Shown in pieces: positions 24,601 to 34,284 of a stretch of 34,284 nucleotides of DNA. The notes under the pieces were generated by a model. It was given only the letters and a program-made list of their open reading frames with translations, ran no database searches and was not told the DNA's origin. The stretch comes from Diploschistes diacapsis (Eukaryota): contig JALAIB010000087.1 of assembly GCA_023645945.1 (NCBI GenBank), positions 1 to 34,284 of the forward strand. Direction: 5' to 3'. Positions within the stretch are counted from its first letter, which is position 1. Each line of letters opens with the position of its first letter. A program made the position numbers and the translations under genes.

Positions 24601-27600
24601 AACATAGAAAGGCGAAATACAGGGTTGAAAACGACACGTCGATGTCTGTCAGTTCCTCCGAACATATAGTAACAAAAACTTGGTTCCTAGGAAGATATCA
24701 ACATACTCGTGGTTCCGTGGAAAAGAGAAAGTTAATATATGAGTAAGCTATCGATGCGCAACTCCTTGAAATCGGGATGAATGCATTACTGATCAAGCCT
24801 CAGCACCAACAACCGCAACTGAGTCATTCATGAGGACTGGAAATGGTGGAGCTCAGGTCATGCGACGTGAAGAAGCTGGTACTTTCCATATTTCGCAAGC
24901 ATGAGAAGGCAAAACCCGACTTGTGCAAATAGATATGCGTACTCGCTCTGCCGCACATAAGGGGAAGCTAATGATGTATAAATTTTTATATCGTACTGGT
25001 CTTCCTTACAGAGGAAGGGGTAGAAATAGTGGCTGGAGCCTCTGCACCAATGGTGACACTCGAGGCACTCCTGTTTGCCTCATCCGATTGTCCTAGCGCT
25101 CAGAGTTTGCTGAATCACCTCCAGTGCCCAAGTGATGCGGTCCTGGGACATTCATTGCTCGTTATTTGCTAAGGTGCGAGATGTCAATTGCCTATCTTAG
25201 GGTTGATAGGGCTTGGGTGAAGAACAGTTGACGTTAAATGAATGCCCGCAAGGATAGAATGCTTGCACTCTAAGGTACTAAGGTCGCTTTTGCTGGTCTG
25301 CACTGGCAGGGGAGGGATACCTCACCTTCTTCGTCATCTTCAACGAACCTATCGGAAAGTGGTCTTATGTAGATGGACTATTTATTCATATACATCTGCC
25401 AGAGCAAAGTCTCCGGTTTACCAGCTGGGATAGTATGTTGAATCCATATAATGCCGGCCAGCATATGCAGACCATGGCGTATTCTCAGTCCACAGCTTGG
25501 AGTATTATGTTGAATCAAAAAATTCCTGCGAGATTTGCAAACTTGCTTTTAGAACCGGAATGGACCGGGCAACACCACCGACTGTCAGGATCCTGGCATG
25601 GCTGTAATAGTTGTTTTAGTTGCGCAATGAAGTGTATACAGTATATAACTACTGTTATTCATGTATAAAGTACTTCACAGCATATCTCCAGGTCCACAAC
25701 CTGCCTTCCGTTAGTGACTTCAGGAACTTACTACTCGAATCAGTTCCTGGCACTAGGAATGGCGGAAGCAGATCCTGATAAAAGTTGATTATGGGGGCGA
25801 ATCTTGACAGGGTAAATTCAAATGCCTTTCCTCCCTTGCTGATTTCATCGCACTGTGACCACTATTTTCCCCCATTATATCGTTCTTGCAGCGTCTTCTT
25901 CAAGGCTGAATCAGCTCGACAAATTAGCGTGTATGCAATGACTATTTTTGGGTCTCTTGGTGGATCGTCTGTATATCCAGAAGAGGAACTTGTGAGGCTT
26001 AGTCAATAAATTTAGACAATATAAGAGCTGGACAAGTTCCTAGTCTCCTCAAATACGAAGCTCCCCGAGGCTCTACTGTCTCCCATTTCCTGATAACTTT
26101 ATACAGAGAGGGTGGACCTGGCGGGACCTTTTCGAAGGTCGTGGGGTTCGACTCCCACTGCTGCCACCTTCCCGAACATTCTTCACTCCAGGCTTGGTGT
26201 CGTGGTCTAATCCTAAAGCGACTAGCTACTTCGACGCAGCGGTCGGGCACCTCGGCATCGACGAAAACCTTGGACTTGGGTTAGCAGTTACCACTGGAGT
26301 TTCAATGATGTGTCGCAATACTTGAAGTGCCCTGAACAATCCATTGGAGGTGTACCATAGGTTAATAGAGATAATACCATGTTCCAGAGTCATGGAAGGT
26401 CGTATATACTATTGCCAAGAAATCTGGAAAACAGCCTATAAACCTAGGCGACCACCTGAAGCTCGGAATTCTGGTGTCAAAGCGGCCTCCAGTCGCGAGA
26501 TGGTGTGATCTATTCCTCTCTTAAAGTGACCTTTGCCCTAATAAAGATGTGTATAATGCTCGTAGCAAATCTCCTGAGCAGTCTGCGGAAATGGTGGGTC
26601 ATGTTGAGCTGAAAACTCAGTAGCAACACAGGGCCCTATTTTTCTAGGAAGTTGTTCTACGTTACTGTCTTCTTCGCCTTCCTGTTTGTGAGGCCAGGAG
26701 AGATAATATATAGTGAGCGAGGCCAAACTCCAGGACAACAGCCTGCGGATTTGGTGGGACACGTGGGGACTGGGATATCGATGCTAAGACAGTGTCTTGC
26801 TTGGGGACCTGTCAAGTGTTTCTTCCCGTGTGGTAACTGTTATCTTTTTATCAGGTTCTGATGATGTATCATACTGCAGCGAAACTCCGAGGCAACAGCC
26901 TGCGGAGCCGGTGGGACACGCAGATAGAGGTTTAAATTCGAAGACAATTTCCTTTCTCTTAATGACCGGTATTCGCTGGCCTCGCGTGAAACCAATGCCA
27001 GCCCAGCAAGGTCCTGATGATATATAATTTCGTAACCGAAGTCCAGAATAACAGCCTGTGGAGCTGGTGGGACACGTTGTGCTGGAAGTTCCGGTCTCAA
27101 TATGACATCCTGTCGCTGTTTATTTTGTGACAAAATGCAATCCTGAATTTGGCCAATTTATCCATTCGCTGAATCCTCTTGGAATACAATCTCGCAGTAA
27201 GACACTGGACTAGCAACCTATGGAGCTGGTGGGCCACTCCAGTCCAAGAAGAGCTTCCCCCTGTTCAAGGATGAAATAAAATAGTCCTGGTAGGGTTTCT
27301 ACACCCATCTGCTAAGCTATGTTGATGTATAATACTCGTGGCAGAAATCTGAAACAATTACCGGCACAACTTCTAGATTGTTACATGGAGCTGAACAATG
27401 CAGTGGCAAAACAGCACTAACAACACAGCGTCCTATTGGCCTTCTGAGACGGCCTTCAAAATCAAGTTGATATAAAGACATGTAAGCGCGAAGCGAAGGA
27501 CAAGAGCCTAGGGTATTTTGTCCGGCTGAAAACAGTCCTCTTTGGCTGTCTACTATGAATAGACGATCGCAATCCTCACGAGTCCGAAATTTCGGAGATT

Positions 27601-30600
27601 CGACCAACCAGGAAGGTTGAGGCAGCACTTGATAATACAAGGAGAAACGATAGCGATAGAACGCGGCTTCACCACCATTTTGTTGTTCGGCTCCATTGGC
27701 TCACTACCTGTTGGCTCAACATGCTTCCCTAAAGATAATCGGTAAGATTTCTGATAACTCAGAGATCCTATGCATGCTGTTGGTAGAGAGCCCTAGCGGT
27801 GGATGGGTGATGAAGATGTGTTGGTTGCATTATCATTTATATATGTTCCCGACCACCGATGATCTACTTGATTCCGAAGCAATTGAAGGATACGTGAAAA
27901 AAAAGATGTAGGCCTGCTAAACAGGTGTTCTGCCTGACTTGTTGATTGATCAATACCCGCAGAGAAAGACATAGTTCTCAGAGCATCGGTCTTTGGCCTG
28001 TTCAGGTTGTATCGCGATTGTGCTCAGGACAGGCCTAAGAGAGAAAAGAAGTTACAAGAGCTTCTCATATAGTGATATTTTGCTGAAGGAGATTGTAATC
28101 TTAATTGGGAAAGTCTTGCATTCACGAAGGTCCTTTGGCAGTAAAGGAGGATCAACATTTGTTAGAGCTTCTGCTGACTGGCATTCTCTGCAATAAGGGT
28201 ATGCGGCCGCTCAACGCACCGGAGCTCAATTCCTGCGATGCGATTGTCTAGTGAGCGAGCTAAATATTTTGTATATTCTTCACACTACAAGGACGAGCCT
28301 TCCTCATAGCCTGCTTGTGTAAGTCGTTCTCTCAAAAGATCCTTTATCTATATCAAAACAGCGGGGATGAAGGTTTCTTTAAGTGAGAGCAGGAATTTCT
28401 AAGAATATTCGACCTTGCCTTAAGCTTAAACATCTCACGAGAGGGAAAGCTGCTCCTCGATTTAGTCAAGTGTGTTTCTGCTCAAGGAGCTTCCTGCTTC
28501 CTCTATGTCTGAATACATTCTTTTCCGGACAGAGCTTTTGGCGCTCTTATGGGTCCTTTGTAGATTGAACAAAAAAGTTGTATAGATCCTGTCTGCAGTG
28601 CATCCACAAGAAGCGCAAAGCAAGGAAAGAGAGATCTTGATGTTTCTATTTCACTGACTCTAGCGGTCGAGTCTTTCTTTACCTTGATACTCTTCCCACT
28701 CCCTAATGAAGGTGGGTTGAATGATCAAAGATCTGCTAAAAGGTCAACGTTGATGATACAAGCTTCTCATGTATCTTGATATCTTTCCACTCCTGGTCGC
28801 TTCAAAGAAACTATGAGGCTATAGTCCAATTCTGAGAACTAGAAGAAAGAGGAACTTGATAATATTAATCTCGATAATACTCACTCTATTGAACCTGGAC
28901 TGCTCAAAGGCCCTTTGAAGTTTGAAGGAAGTATATGACAGGTGAATGTCCAGAGCATGGATTGTGGATCAAGTAACAATTGTCCCACCAGCACCTGCAA
29001 GCAGAGCTCTTTCTCAAACCGAGGCTGAGTGTTGCGCCTTATGCTATCAGAACGCTGTATGTCTTGGTGTATATAGAGACCAAAAGCGGAGTTTCGAAGC
29101 CCTGACTGGCATGCGGAAGTAGGTATTACAATACAAACCCCTGATCGCGTAGTCGGCAGGTTTTCGTTATTGTGCATAGACCCGGCACAGTGTCTTCAAG
29201 CTCTGTAACCGTCCTCCTGAAATGGGAAAGCTAGTCGAAACCCTGCCTTCGTTATACATTTTATACCCTTGTCTGTTAGCGAACGGATTTAGGAAGCCAA
29301 GCCGTCTACCTGGGTCGATATTGCTGCATTCCATAGTGAGGGGGCTTATCATGGATCCTATGAGCCCTCACTTTGCTTGGGAAGATGATAACCTGAAAGC
29401 AAGAAAGAAGCCACGAGGATCCTGATACTGTTCTTCTGGTAGGTAGTGATCAAAGAACAACGCCGTCGATGCCAGAGACTTGAGCGTTGTTTGTAGACCA
29501 GTTTGAAGCTTACATCATAAATATAACGGTCGAATCGGCTCTCGTCGCCCTCTTATATCTCGATAAAGTGCTGCTCTTGTAAAAGTTGGGACTTCTCTCT
29601 AACGGTTGCCCTGGCTGCGTACACGCGCTGTTGTTTACTTTGATCCAACGAACCTATGTCGCTTGTTACATGAATAAACTAAAAATATTTGTATCGACTC
29701 GAGTTCGGCACGGGGACCCTGTCTGCTCCAACTCTCCCCTCAAGGCGAGACGCAGGCTTCCAGATTTCGATATCGTTTATTTAAGAGTCGGATCCCGGAG
29801 GCACTGTAGATAGCACAGCAATCTCGATCGAGCTGCTGGTAGACTGTGCTGATCGAGTTGTCTCCTAGTAACTGAACCACTTCCAGTGCATTACTGGTTA
29901 GAACAGACCCAGCTTTTGGTCATTGTCTCCTATATAATGCGCTTGTAGATCGTTTCCCTGAGCCTTCGATGAATGGTTGCTATAGTCTTCCGAGTACCTA
30001 AGGTAGTATCGTCATGCTCGACATGTGTTTTGGGACAGGAACGCTATCCTGGATTTCAGTGAGACCGGTACAGAAAGGAAAAAGCTCCTAGTACAGGAGT
30101 TGAGAGTATGTTGAATGTTCAGGATAGACGATCACGACAGAAAGGCCCGCCTCGGTCAGGTCTCCGCACCCTGAAGGTTCAGAATCCTTCCTTCTTCTCA
30201 GCTTCATGGTGGCGCATGGAAGGACGCAGCCGCGATGAGTGGTAATTGATTATGCTGTGTGAGAACAGAGTTTTTTGACCGTGAAGTATCACATATGTGG
30301 GATGTTCTACAGAAAAGAGAAAGCTCCCTGATTGACAAAGAAGTTGCTTAGAGATGCAGGATGTTAGGCGTGCTAATGGTGGACCTGACGATAGCGCGCT
30401 GCTTCCTCCGAGTATAGAATCCACGAATTACCTATATAAGCAGGAGAAAATTTCTTAGATCCGAGGTCCCTATCTGTAAACTTGAGTTCCCACAGAAACC
30501 CCATCCTTGAAAGCTGCGTGAATGTGTTACAGAAGCTCTCGAGACTGTGTTCAAATGTTGTTCCGGATCCAGTTTATCCTGCCGTACTGTACTGGAAGAA

Positions 30601-32040
30601 GAATATAACGCCTCAAGTTTACCCAGACTGCCATCTAATCCGTTACCCCTGGATTGAACTTGCTCGTCCTGATCTCGAGTCCTTTCTCAAATTTATAGGA
30701 CATCGTCGGGCAACGGTGGGTCGCAGTGCTGTCCTTATCGATTCAGTCTGAACTTTTCAACATGGCAATCAAGATTCCTCAACTACACCAGTTGTTTTGG
30801 AACGATCCTCAAACCTCATGATTGTGGTGTAATTGAAGCTATACCCGTTCCGCATATACGTAAAGTGAGGGTGTTCTGCACCACGTTTTGAAATCTGAAA
30901 TTAAATCCGGATGAACGGCTATTGCTTATGCTCCTTGACGTTGCTGTGAGAAAGGAAGAGCCACAAAAGTTCCTTTTGCAGATGGACGCTATAGGGCGGG
31001 CGAGAATGTTTGATGCTCAATTTGAGAAAGAGCCTCGACTTCTCTTGGTGCTGAATGGTGTGTTGTCGCTGTGACTATAAATTTGAAACTCACAGTTAGC
31101 GTATTGTGTCTGACTCAAGACCAAAGGGACTCGCAGTAGCAGGTGGTATAAGTCCAGTAGGTTGTGCACCAAGTCCCTGGTCGAACTGCTGGTAGTAGTA
31201 ATTGATATATCCTGAGGACGTGTAACAAAGTCCAGTAGTTAAGTGTATTCCTACGAGTTTAGCATGTCTGCACTTGTAACGGCGTGATTTCCCTCTTTAC
31301 AATTTGACGACTTTTTTGGTGGTTCCTTTGGACTTTTGAATCGTTTCCGCGCCCGGATTTACAGGACATCTCATAGCAGACGATTCATTGGAGAGTATAG
31401 CCTGCGGCTTCGTGAAACTGGTCGACTGGTAGGAACAGGTCTCTTGCATAGTAGTGGCGGAAATGAGAAGGTTGATCCTATTTGATAGTGTATCTTGTAC
31501 TTTGAGTCTGTTTCCGCCAAGTTTATTGACTCTAGTCGAGCCAACGGTTTTTGTTCATTCCGAGTTCTGTCGAAGTGGGCTTCTCAAGGTTGTTGGGATT
31601 TGTCAGGATCCTCACGATGCATATGTACTGATGGGTAATACTGGTCATGATAGTGATAACACCTCGCTCTTGAGAGGCAAGCCGAATATAAGAGCAATCA
31701 ACCTGATACTGTTGGTGCAGGGAAGAGAGACGTCTCCCTCTGGAATGATTTTTGCTGTAATGCCGCTCATGTTATCGGTTGTCGAGATGGATATAGCAAA
31801 CTAGGCAGAACCTAAATGCCTAGAGCTAGAGTCTTGAACGGTTGACCCAAGAGGAAATCATTGCCATCATGTAGTCGAATAATGCTTGGATCAAGTGACT
31901 CGAGATCAAGGGTGTAAATATTATATACTTTAGGCTCAAAGAGATGACCTTGAGTTGACGAGTTATAGCAGAGTGGGTAAAGGAGGAGATGCAGGTGGAA
32001 TAGTAAAGGTAGCCCTTAGCGTAAGAAGAAGAAGAGCCAT
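18700..32040 (-). pseudogene. Relic of a very large unidentified gene (or of co-oriented genes), with many stops and frameshifts
   Basis: ATG at 32040 sits in the context CCTGCCATGG; restoring one T in the (CTT)n run gives MASSSSYAKGYLYYSTCISSFTHSAITRQLKVISFEPKVYNIYTLDLESLDPSIIRLHDG. Long protein-like runs are interrupted by single TAA/TAG/TGA codons, for example EYT*LLDFVTRPQDISITTTSSSTRDLVHNLLDLYHLLLRVPLVLSQ at ~31.1-31.25 kb and KRYLYNITALEW*YTLYSEAEKYMQPLDYTIPWLWWFH*ENL*AVPKSKIQALLDRH at ~20.4-20.57 kb. An internal repeat shows synonymous-biased changes. No family recognised. Confidence 0.55.
26577..27403 (-). repeat. Degenerate tandem coding repeat, 5-6 units, period ~156-165 bp, core peptide RVPPAPQAV
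   Basis: The ~27-nt cores (+ strand consensus AACAGCCTGYGGAGCYGGTGGGACACG) lie at 26577-26603, 26737-26763, 26894-26920, 27050-27076 and 27212-27238, with a weak sixth near 27377-27403. Confidence 0.85.
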
Positions 32041-32232
32041 GGCAGGGTGTGTGGTTGAGAAGGGAGAAGAGCCTCTGATAAATAGCTCCAGTGGAGTAAG
32101 AGGATGAGAAGAAGATGAGAAGAAAAGGGTAGTGGAGTAGTTAAGCAGTTGTTGTTGAAGAATTTGGGTGGAGTAAGCGGATAAGAAGAAAGAAAGAAAA
32201 TTGGAAGTGGGAGATGGTCGACTTTATGTAGA
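32041..32232 (-). promoter_or_regulatory. Putative core promoter and CT-rich 5'UTR of the large relic gene
   Basis: On the minus strand, a TATA-like TACATAAAG at ~32230-32222 is followed by a long pyrimidine-rich tract and a CA-rich lead-in (CAACCACACACCCTGCC) to the ATG at 32040. This is the usual layout upstream of ascomycete genes. Confidence 0.45.
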
Positions 32233-32993
32233 ATTTTGACGCACAGGGTCTCTTGCCGTGAATAAACAGAGCATTCAATTCGACCGTAGAAAGGCGGAGA
32301 GTGACCTGCAAGAACGGGGCAGATGGTTTACAGTTTGGTGCAGTGTCCCTGGTGTGAGCGAACAGGCAAACAAAGACCTCCTGCCGCTGTTAGCCGCGAT
32401 AAGGCCAAGGGGCTTGTGTGACTGGCTGTCAGGGCTCTGGGCAATGAGTCTACCTTGGGTAGAGAAGCTGGAGAGATGTATCTTTAGACTGTATTCGAGA
32501 ACTGCTGAAGGGGGCGGACAGAAGGAAGTGTGTAGAGATTTTGAACTTAGATTAGGCCTTGCTGTTCATAGCTCCTCGGGTCTTCAAACAGAGGGCCAGA
32601 ACAACGGTTTCGACAAAGACAGTCAAACGGACTGACCACCGCATATAGATGATGCGGAACATATTCTATAACCGTTATCCGACTTAGTCCCATCACTCGC
32701 GCAACGTTTCTGAATACGAGGACTCGATGAAGTACAGTTATATCGCAACGGTCCTAAACGCAACACTACTCAGAATACGCAGGACGCTCGCCCGAGCAAC
32801 TGCTTTACCACCGATCATGCAGCCTTAACCCTTAGGAAGGAACTGCTTCGTAACGGCAGCTGGGAGAAAGAAAGACGGGAAAGTTTTGGTCATATCGTTA
32901 AAGATGGTTCTAAAGCCAGAGCAGTAATATGAGGAGACAGGTACTGTGCTAGAGGAGTGAGAAAGGGGTAGTAATCTTGATAGCAATATACAT

Positions 32994-33420
32994 TCAACCT
33001 GAGAGGTTCGGACTGGAATCATTCGGGAGAGGTACGAGGCGGAGAAAACATAAGAAATGAAGAACATAGAACCGCAGCTTGTTGTTGTTGCACACATCTG
33101 CGAAGTGGTGGGGATCAATGTAATCGTGGCTCATTGATAGCCCTATCACTATGTTAGTATAGACTGGTCTCCCGCGAGTATAACTTCATGCGTCGAAGGC
33201 CGTTGAGTATCTGCATGCACTGTTCGTTGTACTTACCATGCTTCGTCGGATGTTTTGTTCTCGCTTCCGTTTCGTTAAGCTTTGGAGGATCCAGAAAGGA
33301 TAGCTCGTTCCAATGAGGCAGGACGGACGGACCTGTGAAGAGAAATATATCTGCTCGGGGTTGAGCTTTGAAGAAGGTAATGTGACTCTGCAAGGCCACT
33401 AATACTAGTAGGGCAAGCAT
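32994..33420 (-). CDS. Possible small two-exon gene with a hydrophobic N-terminus (~110 aa), or a gene remnant
   Basis: ATG at 33420 (MLALLVLVALQSHITFF). A canonical intron at 33236-33149 (GTAAGT..CTAAC.TAG; alternative AG 6 nt further on) removes the stop and continues in frame to TGA at 32996-32994. No homology recognised. Confidence 0.3.
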
Positions 33421-33943
33421 GCAATATGGGTATGCTTGTCACGAGACTCATGACCCACTATTAATATGCTTATTTAATCAGAATTCTCAGTTTGGTGTTA
33501 TTTTGTTTCAGGATCTAGACCTAATGGTAGAGCCTAAGCCCCTTTCGGATTAGTAGATGTTGATTCAATCGTCAGCTGCCATAGGTGGAAGAAAGATATA
33601 TTTCAAATAGCTAGTGGGGGCAGCGATCCCTTATGCTAGTTAGATGCCTAACGTATTTCACAAGTCATCCGCCCACCTCCCCTCTTTCTACCTATTTTCA
33701 ACCTATAATTTCATATATCTCAACCACCATTGTGCCAATTAATATTCAATAAAAAGAACGGCTATTATTAATTATTAAAGTAATAAAAACTGGTTAAATT
33801 ATTTCTATACGGAAAATTATATAGATATACGATCCATTCTACGTGACAAATTTCAAGATCTCGAAAATAACGCGTACGGAATCGTACGAAGCGTAAATTA
33901 ATAAAAACGGAAGAGCATACGTTTCTTTAATAAATTATAATTA

Positions 33944-34284
33944 ACGTGTTTGACGGGGATTCCGGCCAACCCCAGATTCCGGCCACTTTTGCCAAGAAAT
34001 ATTTTAAATCATTAATAATTCATCGAAATTAGCCGTTATTTTAGTTTTTATACGAAATATTATTTTTCGACCATTATTTATCAGATTTAAAAAGTGCACA
34101 TTGATTACGTCAGCAGAAAACTTTTTTAAGCAAATTAAAATTCACTACTCGAAAAAGCAGGTTTTTCAGCCTTTTAAAATCTACCATAACGTAGCAAAAA
34201 AGAAAATTTTAAATATACTATTATGAGGGTTTATTTGCCTAGATTTCATTAAAAATACCAAAAAAATCTTCTTCGACGTTATAC
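33944..34284 (+). mobile_element. End of a Tc1/mariner superfamily, Fot1/Pot2 (pogo)-like DNA transposon, RIP-like, running out of the window
   Basis: TA at 33942-33943 is followed by ACGTGTTTGACGGGGATTCCGGCCAACCCCAGATTCCGGCCAC. This ACGT-initiated TIR has an internal direct repeat GATTCCGGCCA (33958-33968, 33975-33985), the architecture known from Pot2/Aft1-type elements. The interior is very AT-rich. The partner TIR is not in the window. Confidence 0.7.

Noticed and set aside
26577..27403. CRISPR-like appearance of ~27-nt cores separated by variable sequence
   Set aside because: The genome is eukaryotic, the gaps are ~130 nt, the cores are degenerate, similarity extends into the gaps, changes are codon-patterned, and there are no cas genes.
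16150..32040. Premature stops rescued by sexual-stage A-to-I editing or an alternative genetic code
   Set aside because: Stops of all three types occur together with many frameshifts, which editing or recoding cannot repair. Neighbouring genes use the standard code.
16150..32040. Endogenous endornavirus, hypovirus or mononegavirus genome (the size would fit)
   Set aside because: I found no convincing RdRp motif set: LGDNS at ~29.86 kb and LCDD at ~17.23 kb lack the surrounding motifs. The 5' region looks like a host Pol II promoter. Not supported by eye, though not formally excluded without a search.
16150..34284. Starship or other giant transposon call
   Set aside because: No tyrosine recombinase (DUF3435) captain gene and no identifiable element boundaries in the window.

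Overview
This is a window of filamentous ascomycete (fungal) genomic DNA, judged by short GT..AG introns with CTRAY branch points and RIP-like AT-rich transposon relics. The left half (1-15.5 kb) has four intact spliced genes: a caspase-fold (His/Cys dyad) protease-like gene, a CarO-type rhodopsin retaining the DTD motif and Schiff-base Lys, a ~780-aa low-complexity protein, and a Ded1/DDX3/Vasa-clade DEAD-box helicase. It also holds a collapsed MCT-type MFS transporter pseudogene. The right half (~16.1-32.0 kb) has no long intact ORF. Its minus strand nevertheless reads as protein-like text broken by stops and frameshifts, begins behind a fungal-type promoter/5'UTR, and contains a 5-6x ~53-codon internal repeat with synonymous-biased divergence. 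I interpret it as the relic of one very large (up to roughly 4,400-5,000 codons) unidentified gene, or of several co-oriented genes. A 717-bp non-autonomous TIR element with a 5-bp TAATA duplication lies within that stretch. The window ends in a RIP-like Fot1/Pot2-type transposon end. All alignments and translations were done by eye; no searches were run.
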